Positions 35,141 through 45,892 of a stretch of 64,000 nucleotides of DNA are shown here, in pieces (within the stretch, counting starts at the first letter, position 1; the number at the start of each line of letters is the position of its first letter). The DNA lies in contig OZ038379.1 of NCBI GenBank assembly GCA_964036045.1, forward strand, positions 6,448,001-6,512,000. Reading direction: 5' to 3'. Position numbers and translations under genes: made by a program. The DNA is from Eutreptiella sp. 'Long Island Sound 2002'. Lineage: Eukaryota; Protista; Euglenida. The notes beneath the pieces are model-generated. The model searched no databases, had not been told where the DNA came from, and saw only the letters and a program-made list of their open reading frames with translations.

Positions 35141-35365
35141 AACCTTAGGGCGGGGAGAATCCAACTGAGGAGACGGTTCGCAGGGGGTGTTTTTTGCAAA
35201 TGTTCCCACTCACCTGTGTGGGGGCCAATTTGGTTTATACATTGGTAATAATCCCATTTTGTGCCCCACAAAAAACCCATGTAAGTGTGATAAGGCCAAT
35301 TACAAACTATGGGGCAATTTTTTTCAACCCTTGGGGAGGGGGGGATCCAACTTAGGAGACGGTCA

Positions 35366-36120
35366 TCACTGATTCCCTTCGCGGGCTACCGTCCGTGCCC
35401 TTTTGCACTGTCGCTGCCACGCCTTGCAGTCATCAGAGGGACACGGCAACTTCCGCATGCTCCAGTCCATACCACTGTCACTCAAGCATCGGTGCACGTG
35501 GCTGGTGGCCTTAGGGTGCATTGCATTAGCCAGTTTTCGCCCCAATTCGACAGAACCAGCCAAAGAAAGGTGCAGGCCATCAGCTGCCCACAGTTGGGGA
35601 TTCCAAATGTACCGTCCCAAAGGATCAATGAAGGTGGGATGGGCCTCCTCTTTGGCCCAGTCCCTTAGGTCTTTGTTGCACTGCTGCCACACTGTCCTGT
35701 ACTGCTCTGACCCTGGCCGATACCTGTGCGGCTTGTCTGGAACGGGCAAGCGAATTGTCTTCACGTGTTGCTTGTGGCAGGCCACATGCCGCTGTATAAC
35801 AGCGTGTGCAACGGCGTCTGGTGTGTAGGCCATCAATCCGAGGTCATTCGTAAGGGAGGTTAGCACCAGGACTCGAAGGTGAGAGAGGACCGTACCACTT
35901 GAACCAGTTTGGAGACCCTACTCATATTCAATTCGAGGACGCGGGCCCTGCGAGGGAGTGGAAGTGGGGGTCGTGGAGGCCGACACCCACGCACCCAGGC
36001 CCTTTGCTCGCCCGCCACTCCCCTTGTTGTGCATCGGGCCATACGTAGTGCCTCGCCCCCGCCGCCGGGTGGCTGTCCCACCCCAAAGGCCTTCGGCCGT
36101 CGTTCATGTGATGCACAAAC
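35366..36120 (-). mobile_element. SGNH/GDSL esterase domain of the kind found in retroelement ORF1, frameshifted
   Basis: Block III VLVLTSLTND and block V WAADGLHLSLAGSVELGRKLA are in one frame. Putative blocks I/II (CASHERR, RARVLEL) lie upstream in another frame. Confidence 0.6.
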
Positions 36121-37429
36121 TGCCGGGACTCCGAGGTAACGAGTGCACCCGGCAGCGGGCGCTGGCGGTTCCTGGCCACCCACTGCCTGTTGGTCATCGG
36201 CCGCCATCGGCTGACAGCGAACCGCCCCGTTGGTCGCCAACCAACATCAACGTCAACTCACCGTAATCCTGCCAACGCAAAGCTCAGGCTGCCCGTTGCA
36301 GAAAAGGAAATTAAGAAAATGTGCCAATGCTAATGGACAGCCCTGCAACGGCCGTCAACGCACTTCGGCAGCATGCCCTTTGCCCGACAAGTTCGGCCCG
36401 CCACAAGTCTGGGGGATCAGATCCCCTTTAACTACCAATGGGGGAAGATGTGGGGGAAACTTCTGTGCCCAGGTCCACAAATGCGAAAAAAATGTTCCGG
36501 GCGCCGCTGGCGATTGTTCTTTATTGTTCACTGTTCGTGTGGGTTTGGGGGTCCTGAAGGGGGGGATCCCGGCCCCACACCCCCCCCCTGTGTTTTCCCC
36601 ACAACCGCACACTTACTGTACACCCAATAATCCAAATGCAAATGAAACAGGTAATTCAAAAACGCCCCCGACCCCTCCCCCCGGACCCCCTGCACGGACT
36701 GTGGGGGTTGGTGTCCGGAACTGAACCCCCCCCAAAAAAAACGGGGGAATATTTGTTTGGGATGGCTAATCAGCATCCACAATCACGAACCCCCCCCCCG
36801 TTGGCCGTGCAAGAGCGGGACCAGAAAAGACACATGTCCTCTTTGACTTCTTGAAAGCAGAGCGGGCGGAAGTCATGGGAATCATTGGTCGGTACTGATC
36901 GACTGAATGTCCCCTCCATTGACACTTTCAGCGGAAGTAATGTGTTTGGGGTAAATTGGGTAGAGTCCAGGCCTGCGCGTCAAGGGGGGGGGGGGGGGGA
37001 GACACATTCAGTAAATCCAGCGGGCCTACAGCCGGGCAATATCTCAAACTGTAGGCGCTCAGTCCCGTTGGAGGCTCTGGTCCTAATCACAAGGTCAGCG
37101 CAACATGCACCATAACTTCAGATTTCCTAAAGTCGTCCTGCCAGCTCACAGTTTACTTTCTGAATTCTGCGGTTGCGTAGGTTGAAGGGGGTTGCACCCC
37201 CAACAGTCATTGCCGGTCACGGCCCAACCGCCTCCTTCCAACCCCCACTGCGGCTGCAACGGTTCTGTAACCGCCGCCTCCTGCTCCCCAACCACTTTCC
37301 CAGCCGTCGCCAACCGCTTTCACAAGCGCTGCACCACCCTGTCAGGCCCCCCTCTCCCTTCCAGCGCAGCCCTGGTGCAGTCCCTGAGAAGCCCCACCCC
37401 AGCCCCACGTCTTTCCAAGACCCTGGGGC

Positions 37430-37882
37430 TTACCCCACGCACCGCACGCCGTCCCCCACCGCCACGGTCCCGCCCCCCACCACCTCCGCATACACCCCCA
37501 AGTACGCCCCGTGCTCCGGGTAGTGCGTCTGCAGCAACTGCGGGAGGTCCAGGTCCTGCTCCGCGGTGGCGGGGTCCACCTTCGTGGCGTCACAGCGGAC
37601 GGTGCGTCGCAGCACCCGCAGCCGTGCGCCCCCGACGGTCACGTGCTTGCCCACCCACTCGAACTCGCGCCACGGCGGCACCCCATCGAAGACGATGTTG
37701 GGGCGGAAGCGCGCGGCCGTGAGCTCTTTGCCGACCTTCGCGCTGAGCTCCCGCACGGTCTCTAAGTTGAGCAGGTGGACCACCTTCGGCCCCGCCGTCG
37801 TGTTGTTGAACTGGTGCGCGTCCCGCTCGGTGGCGGAGACGATCCGCATCTCCGGGTCTGCCACGTGGGACTGCAGGAACGC
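37430..37882 (-). CDS. MOSC-domain protein, exon 2 (MOSC core, stop)
   Basis: CTCAG|GCG acceptor, phase 0. VHLLNLETV, RFRPNIVFDG, PWREFEWVG, RCDATKVDP (Moco-ligating Cys) and LGVYAEVVGGGTVAVGD. The end GGG|GTAAGC could also be a donor. Confidence 0.93.
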   Translation of the reverse strand, partial: AFLQSHVADPEMRIVSATERDAHQFNNTTAGPKVVHLLNLETVRELSAKVGKELTAARFRPNIVFDGVPPWREFEWVGKHVTVGGARLRVLRRTVRCDATKVDPATAEQDLDLPQLLQTHYPEHGAYLGVYAEVVGGGTVAVGDGVRCVG

Positions 37883-38219
37883 CTGAGCGGGCGGGCAAGG
37901 GCATGAGGGGGGGTGGGGGAAGAATACATCACTTCTGGTCGTCTCGAGTCTTTACGTCCCTTCGGGGCCCTCCGGAGGGAACAAACAAAGGGGCAAACTT
38001 CCTCCGTCACGCTGATGTAATAGAATGCTCACGGCTATCCGCCAACCGGTTGTGAGCGGGACAACGGACGCCGATGCAGCATCCTTGTGCCTGCCTCCCC
38101 TGCAGCAGGCTGCGGTGGCGGATAGATGCAGGCACCCCAGTATTGGAGGGTAATTGGTAGGTAATCGGGTTCGAATCCGGGACCACATTCAAGGCGATCC
38201 TCAGGCCAAGGTGGCGAAT

Positions 38220-38685
38220 CAAGACTTACCACGAGGACCAAGCTGGGTCCTTATGGTCCTCCTCAACCTGGTTCAAAAAAAGCTCATTTGCACCTCAAAA
38301 TGGACCACAGCAGGGCAGTACGGAGAGACGCCTAATTGAACACCCATTTACAATCATGTGACGGTCCAATCGCTGTGGAAGAAGAACGGCCCTCATTGGA
38401 GACACCTGCTTGACACACTGGCGATTGTCCTGAACTTTCACGACGATCGTCCTGAAAACAGGCTGAAAAGAGCCTTTTTGGGACTCTAAATCGGCCAAAG
38501 AAGGGGCTAGACGGCTCGAAATCACACGAAACTTGTTTCAGGTGATGCGCATTTGCTCTGCGGCCGTTTTGAGCTACTTGGATGCCGATTTTGAGCCACG
38601 GTGTCTGCTCAAATAGGTTTTTCTCGTCTGCTTGCTGCTAAAACACATTGCTCACCCTGGACCCCAAATGGGTTGTAAAACGGAG
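38220..38685 (+). repeat. ~460-bp dispersed repeat in the MOSC intron, homologous to 61160-61690
   Basis: Shared GAAGAAGAA(C/T)GGCCCTCATTGGAGAC...CCTGAAAACAGGCTGAAAA...GGTGATGCGCATTTGCTCTGC...TTTTGAGCCACGGTGTC. Confidence 0.9.
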
Positions 38686-39013
38686 AGCCAGCTCGGTAGC
38701 CACTGTGCTACCAGCACCGGTGGTGCTGTTTGACAGACCCATCTCAGGACCTCCTCTGCGTGTCATTCGGCAGGGTGGGCTGGTAATCGAACCCATGCCT
38801 CTGACCACTGAGCTACAGTAGTACCCCCAACCGCTATCAGTTACCTGCCAACGGGGCGCCATCCATGATCCCTGTCCCTAAAAAAGAGGAGAAAAAGAAA
38901 TTTGGATCCTTATGGACGTCCCTGTATCCCTTACAAGAATGATAAAAAGGTGCTTCTCCATTATTCCACAGAGAGGGCCCCTGGCCCCTGTCCTGCATGG
39001 GCACAGCCACCAC

Positions 39014-39442
39014 CTCCATCTGTGCACACTCCGAAAGGACCCCGAGTCGTCCACTCGCCAGTCGCTGGCCTGCTGCATCATCAACGGTCAGCAGCGTGGT
39101 GTCCGCGTCGTACCGTGTGTGCAGCCGCGCAAGCGCCTCCCCGGCGCTGAACGCGCAGTGGAACGTGGATTTGTGCAGCCACTCCGGGGCCTTGGGGTTA
39201 AACTCCACGGCCTTGTCCCCGCGAATCAGGGCCCACACCCGGTCTGCGGGGAACGCGCAGCCCTCTGTCAGCGCGACCGTCTGCAAGGCATCGCCCCCCA
39301 TGCCCTTGATCGCGTACCGCCGCAGCTCCTGCACAGTCCCCGAGCGCCGCCACTTCTGCAGCAGCCACACAGCCACACCCACGAGGGCAGCGGCAGAAAG
39401 GACGGCAGTGAGGGCCCGCGAGCTCCCGCTGGACTGTGGCAT
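39014..39442 (-). CDS. MOSC-domain (mARC/YcbX-like molybdenum cofactor) protein, exon 1
   Basis: ATG at 39442; N-terminal hydrophobic anchor ALTAVLSAAALVGVAVWLL followed by KWRR. LRRYAIKGMGG...FPADRVWAL is the MOSC N-terminal barrel motif. Donor GAG|GTGGTG, 143 codons. Confidence 0.88.
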
Positions 39443-40769
39443 CGGAGCTCAACGCCAAAAGTGACCCTTCGAAAACAGCAAAGGAGGTGTGACCTAGGAC
39501 ATGAAGCGACGCATTCCCATCCCCCAGCCACATAAATCCACACAAAGGCGCAAATCAGGCAGAAAGAGACCAGATGCCAAAAAAAACCCTCGCTTAGCAT
39601 GCCCCCCCCCCCCGTGTCCAAACGTTTGGACACGCTGTTCCTTTTGCGCAGCTCACGAGCACACTCGATGGCTGCGGGGCTGGGTTTTTTGTTGGGGGGG
39701 GGGGGGGGCGGATGGGCAGGAAGTGGGGCAAACAGAGAGGACGGAATGCATGAACCACCCACCAAGCCCCTTGTCAAATACAACTTGCCACCAAAATCAC
39801 CTGCAAATCATGCAAAACAACATTGATAGCTCTAGAAGAGCATTGTGAGGGGCCTCTGAGGGGAGACCAGACCATTGGGCCCGTTTTGTTCTACAATCCT
39901 GCACAGAGTGTGTGCAGTGCATCTCGGAATCAAGGATCAGAGCCGACCAACGGTATGATTGTCCCACAAGGAAACGTGTTAGCGGACACAATATGTAGGG
40001 GGTTGAAGCATGAAACTGCAACCAAGAAATACTTCGGGATCTGCTACACCATACCAGCTCAGCATACTGTGGCTACCTCGTGAAAACAACAACACTGTGA
40101 AGCATCTCCAACATGGAGGTACACAGACCCACCCAGGGCTACACGCCACCACACACCACATGAAGTCAAACACGATTCCTACGTGAATCTGGAGGGACCA
40201 TCGTTGATTTATGGCCAAAAAACGGCAGCAACGCTTGACCCTTCAGGACCGGCTGACTGCAGGTATGTTGCAGCATAGATCACTCAATCGTGAAAGCTAT
40301 TGACCGAAAACCACGTTGCTGTCACAAGTGAATGATGATTGTGCCCAACAAACAGACAACACCTTGTCCAAACATCTTTGGGTATTGTTTCCACAACTTA
40401 TGAACCATGAAATTGGCTGTTCCTAGTTTTGCTCAAGAGGCCTCCAAGGCCTCTTGAGTGTACTGTAACTGTCCCGGAAAAACTGGGTGTATGGGCTCTT
40501 GGCACGACCCCAATATATGCATGGTGTGCCCACGCTCCCTGCCACTCTCCCCTAGCAATGAGCCCCCCCCCCCCCCCCCGAACAAAATTACCCCTTCCCC
40601 TTTGCCCAGGCTGTCTTGGAAATTAATGTCCCTAGACTGTATGTTGTGATTCATGCTGGAGTGATCTTGGAGGGTGACGGCCATCATGAATCTATGGCCA
40701 CGTTGTCTAAGCCTTAACCGGGGTAAACTACAGACGGGGGGGGGGGGGCACAACACATGGGCCCAGACC

Positions 40770-41600
40770 CCCGACAAGTGAGGACTATGCCCAAAGCGAG
40801 GCCGACAGATCCACTGCGCGTGCCCTAGAAATTGCTGCAAGCGCCGCATACTACAGACACCGACGGACAATCTCAACCAGTGGGCCAGCAGCGCTTCCCA
40901 CGCATTCCCCGCCGTCCACAGGCGCTGCCAACAAAACACGGCTGAACAATGACAGTTGCGTCTGAGAAGCATGTATGAGAGGATCACATACAGGCTCATA
41001 CAAGCTGATTGAACTGCCAAACATTGCTGCATATGCATGCCACGACATGCATGTGCGGAGCGCTTCTTGACCTGTGTGCAGCCCTTTGTCCAGGCAACAG
41101 CAGCATGTGGTATGCCATGTGTTTGTGGCCTGGCTGCAAGATTCCATTTGCAGTTGGGATTGGTGCCGTATACTGCAACCTACTCGCATTTGCAACAATC
41201 TTTCCAGCACTAAACCTTTGTGCTTTGTTGCACAACACTATTTACTAGCATTCTGTTCAAGAGTGTAAGGTCACCAAGCTGCTATCTATTGCAGAGATCT
41301 TGATCCGTGGTCCATGCTTGCTGATATAGTATTGTGCATCCGCTGTGGTATCAGAGCATGCAGAGGTGTCTTGGAGCAACCTTTTGCCTGAGCTCTAAGT
41401 GCCTCAGACTTTTACCAAATTATGCATGGCAACGCCACTTCAGAAAGCACAAGGAAGGATGCCATGTGTCTTGACATCATTTTCCCACGTGTAGAGATCC
41501 TATTGCGAGGGATGGCTTTTGCATCCTGTGCACCTCTGTGTATCAATTGCTTTCACGCAAGCAGCCTTCTTCCAGTGGTTGGTTTGGGGACCATGAGGAA
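40770..41600 (-). mobile_element. Decayed reverse transcriptase remnant, DIRS-like
   Basis: HPFLMVPKPTTGRRLL (F.VPK..G..R motif) upstream and MRRLQQFLGHAQW (RT-RNase H connection) downstream, with many stops between. Confidence 0.4.
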
Positions 41601-43290
41601 AGGATGAAGTGACAATAAGCTCAGAGTAAGCACAATGCAGAGAAAGTTGTGAGGTCAATATACTTCCAAATGTACAGGACAATGATGATTTCTCCTTAGA
41701 AGGCCTCAAAATGGTGTCCTTTGGAGGTCTCTGAAGTTTACTACATTTGTCTTAGGCACGGATGTGAGACATGGCCACCAATAATGTCATACTCAACGGC
41801 CACATAATGGCCACATTCTGAAGGGGCAACCACTGTGGCTGCCACCTTGCAACCGTTTGTTCTAGTGTACGTGACTGTTAACCCAGTGGAAAGCAATGCC
41901 AGAGACATTGCGCTGCGGTGGCAAGATGGGAGGGACAGTAGGGTGCGAAATAGCAACGTCAAAGCAACCCAGAGTGTATCACCACCAGTGGCAACATAAA
42001 AAACACGGCTTGCACAGGTGTGGATGACAGCAAATGGTGACAACGCATCAGGGGACATATCTTGCATCAATGTGTCCACTCAAACGCCAGCAATACCCTC
42101 CGAACTGGGTGTGGGTTGTTGGTACAACCCCAATGTGCACACCACGCCCGCACCGTGTCTAGGACCCCCCCTCTGTCACCCATGAACTGGCCATCTATGT
42201 GCAAGCTTCACCTCTCAAAATGGGGTAGTATGAATGAAGACCCCTCCGGGCATGGCAAGCATATTGCATGTAAGTTTTGGGTCCCAACACGCTCAAGACT
42301 GCTCAAGATTGTACTCTTCCGGTTTGTTGCTCTTGTTAAATTCTGTTGTTATCCCCCTTTGGGGGCGCTGTACACAAAGTTTGCACAAGACCATACCCAA
42401 GCTGCATAGTAGTGCCTAGTGCCGGGAACAATGAGCCTTGTTATGGGGGAGTCTTTGCACTGCGCGCTACTTTTAGACTATGTTCCCCCCCAAGAGCCCC
42501 CAAGCACACCCCTTGGAAACGCCCTTAGAATTAGGTGACCCAAACTGCCCCAGCTCAAGAAAGTTGCAAACTACCTTCCCTTCACATAACACACATCATG
42601 CTCAATAGAGAGCGACCACAGAGATCCGTCAGGACGGCCCAAGCTCCCCAAGGCCGCAGACTGGGGGAGAATCCCCACGGCTCCTTCCAAGGGTGCACCA
42701 TGTCCATATCCACGACGCGAGTCCTGAGTGGTAAAGCCGCACGAGCTCCTCCATAAGGGATCGGGCATCAAGGCCGTCTTCTCCCTTGCCCCATTACCAC
42801 GAAGGCCATGCATGGGGGAGTCCCCATGCATTCTCGGAGGTCCCCAAACAAAGGGGGACAAAATCAGAAGTCAAAACCTCCGCTGGGGGTCACCATGATG
42901 CCCCTAGGGGCCCCTAGTATCTCAAAGTATGTGTCTCTAGTACGGCGAGACGCCCAAATGTTTGCACTGCGCGCGCACTGCGCTTGAGGCGCCCCCTATG
43001 CATTTATAGGAATTGCTTGCATGCTTTGTCCTCATTTGTGTGTGCCGTTGTGCATCCTTTCCTAGTTTCGTGGTATCTATCAGGAATTTGGTTTTGGATT
43101 GGCCCCTTTCCGGTTGGTGGTGCGCTGGGTGGGTCAGGATACTTACCGAGTGAAGGTGGGACCAGGGCAGTTGTGAGATAAGCACGGAACAACCCAACAC
43201 CGCCCCCGTGAGCCCGACTTCCTTGGGAAGCATGTGGGACTGGGTTATGCGGCCCATGAAGTGGACTCGGGTGACGACTATGCCTATCAT

Positions 43291-43440
43291 GACAACTGCA
43301 TTGTCGAGAACATCCTCGCACATCGTCCGAACAAGTCCGTGGCTGGAGGTGTGGGGTTCAAAGTGCGCTGGCGCAGCTATGGCCCCTCGCATGACCATTG
43401 GGAACCTATTTCCTTCTTCGTGCCCTGCATCAACACCCCA
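43291..43440 (+). mobile_element. Chromodomain remnant of a chromovirus-type Ty3/Gypsy element
   Basis: CIVENILAHRP...GFKVRWRSYGPSHDHWEPISFF matches the chromodomain consensus. It follows the LTR-element-associated repeat at 42362-43055. Confidence 0.7.
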
Positions 43441-44060
43441 TTCATGGGGAATATTGCCAATTGTAGCACAAAAAACCCAATTTCTCCCTGTCACATGCGC
43501 ACTGTGCACAATGTGTGCACATCGTGCATGCGCTGTGCAAGGATGCCCCTTTTTCCTCACATTTTTTCATCAGCCAAATGGCACCTGGTTCTCCTCAATC
43601 CTATGGCTAGCCATCCAAAGCTGGATTGCAATATTGCTGCATGTCTACCACTCATGGAGGTGCAGTTGCCTTCAGGCCCTGAACAAGCTCCCATGTACTA
43701 TGCATGGGGTCTTCCCTGTGCTCTAGTCTACCTCGCACGACACATCTTGACATGCAATGCCATACCAGCCTACCAATCAACGGAACTTGAGCACACAACG
43801 TTCCCTCCTCCTGCAATGGCTTTCATACCAACATATGAAGTCCAGGCTGCCCCCTTAGGCCCCATGGCATCATTGGCACAATCATCATTCAGTGCATTGG
43901 TTCTTGCTCGACCCAGCCATGCCAATGAGAAACCGGGCACCATTTATGGGCTGACTCGGTGCTATGCATCACAAGACCTGTAGGTTCAGAAGACAGATTA
44001 TAAACTACACAACAACTGACAAAAAGCAACAGGGCACGTTGTGGGTGAAGAGGAATGGCC

Positions 44061-44279
44061 TTACCCACCCGTATCAGGGTACCAGAGTAATGACTTTTTC
44101 TCACCGGCCGAAGGGGAATGGTGGGCAGGATTGTTGCGGTTCATCTGGTTGGCGTGGCTGTTAACGTCCGCTTTTGTTCCACCGCCGCTGTAGCTTTTGG
44201 AGTGCCCTTGATCATCTGCGATGTTTGGATTATATTGGTTGCTTGTGTTATTTGCAGTGGCTGTACCCGAATGGTTCAT
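44061..44279 (-). CDS. 72-aa microprotein with two NQxN(P/R)N repeats (possibly decaying)
   Basis: Strong pyrimidine tract TTTCCCTTGTTTCATCTCTGCAG 37 nt upstream of the ATG. Repeats GTATANNTSNQYNPN and GTKADVNSHANQMNRNN. Confidence 0.5.
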   Translation of the reverse strand: MNHSGTATANNTSNQYNPNIADDQGHSKSYSGGGTKADVNSHANQMNRNNPAHHSPSAGEKKSLLWYPDTGG

Positions 44280-45001
44280 GTTCCTGGTTGCTTCCCAAAA
44301 TCGAGCAATAATGACTCTGCAGAGATGAAACAAGGGAAATTGGTGAGGCCCCTTTATCAGCACCGTCGGTGAACCATCGATCGCCATCCACCGACGTCGT
44401 TTAAACATCAACCGCCGCCACTTCACTGTTGGCCAGTCAACGACCAGCCGGACAATATGATAATTAACAAAAAGCAGTGAACACCGTCATGTTAAGTGTG
44501 GGCTGGGTGTGCAAACATTTGAGGTAGGCAACTCACATGCGTATTGCACACAGCTCAGCCAAAATCTGCCAGTCAAGAGGCAGCTACAACGCAGAGCGAC
44601 TTTCGTTGAAATATGAAGGAGGGAAGAATGCACTTTCTGTTGGCAAACTGACCAAAGGCATCAGGCCATCAACGAGCAAAAGTTGACCTGTGAAAGCCGC
44701 CAGCAGCAGACATGCAGTTGTGATAATCGCAAAGGGCCAAACTGCTGCCGGCTGACCATTCACCGTCAGGCAGTGCCAACAGCACACCTTTCTCAACTGG
44801 ACAGAGTGGGTAGAGAAATGTGTGGAAAATCTCTTGGTGCAGAGGGAAGTATGGGAAACAGAAAAGGCCCACAGAGAGTAGTGGGAGGGGGATACGGGAT
44901 GAAGGCAGAAGTGAAAGTTTGCCTCCATACATGACCGGCTGCACGCTTCAGTACTAGTCTCTGTTGCTCAAAGCCGGGGCCATCCTGGCCTGGCTAACAG
45001 T

Positions 45002-45892
45002 CAAGCTAGTGCGGTCCCTCGGAAAAATTTCTGGTGCTGCGGCATGCTGCGGCATGCTGCGGCATGCTTCAGCCTGCACTTGTGGGTACCTACGCTTCTG
45101 TGTCAAGTTGAACTCACATGCAAGAGACAACATGCACAACACTGTTGGGCCAAATTAATCACTTTCACCATCCGGAGGTTGCAGTAGAGCTTTCCAGGTC
45201 GACCCTCTCCTGAAGCATCTGTCAATCTGAAATGTTCACCAATGCCTTCACCAACAGCCCACTGCAGGCAATCGCTGGTGCTTCTGGTTGTCTCCTTGTT
45301 CCGCTTGATCCCATCTGATTGGGAAAGTGGTGTGGTTGACTCTTGACTGCATGTTGTTGGTGCAGATGACTGACTCATGACAACATAAATAAAGACAAAC
45401 TGGGGAGACATGGGGCAGGCAGAAGGTCTCCCGTGCGAACACAGTAGGAGCAGACAGACAAGGCAAACAGGCTGATGTGGTTCCCAATACCTTCCCCAAT
45501 GGCCCACTGCAAACCCTAACCTGTGATGCCTTGGTATTTTGAGTATCCTTCAGGACTTGACATGTCAAAACAACACCAAAAAAGCGAAGATCAGAATAGA
45601 GGAACTGACAGGCAGCAAAATACCCTTGCCGGGAATGGAACCCAGGACCCTCCAAGCTGCAGTCCAGTAATTTACCACTGAGCTACCATGCAGTTCTGAG
45701 ACATCTGTGCAACAAAGGGTTCATAGTTTCGACGTGGTATGAAAAAAAAAGTCCGCCACGTGAAAATTTTGGCTCGCTGCGGCATGCTGCGGCATGCTGC
45801 GGCATGCTTCAAAACCCCCTAGTGCAGCTCCAAAAAACAGGCGCTGCGGCATGCTGCGGCATGCTGCGGCATGCTGCGGCTGCACTAGCTTG
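45002..45892. mobile_element. 891-bp non-autonomous hAT-type DNA transposon
   Basis: Perfect 11-bp TIRs CAAGCTAGTGC (45002-45012 / 45882-45892) flanked by an exact 8-bp TSD CTAACAGT (44994-45001 / 45893-45900). Subterminal (GCGGCATGCT)n arrays at both ends. Internal GEHFRLTDASGEGRPGKLYCNL resembles a BED-finger start. Confidence 0.9.
45622..45691 (-). pseudogene. tRNA-Cys(GCA)-derived pseudogene/SINE head inside the hAT element
   Basis: TAGCTCAGTGGTA A-box, CT-GCA-G anticodon loop and CTGGG-TTCCATT-CCCGG T-arm. Acceptor and anticodon stems do not pair. Confidence 0.55.

Noticed and set aside
38140-38840. tRNA-like boxes (GGTTCGAATCC at about 38170; TAGCTCAGTGGT...GGTTCGATT on the minus strand at about 38785-38820)
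   Set aside because: There is no cloverleaf and the anticodon arm is missing; at most these are SINE-derived fragments.
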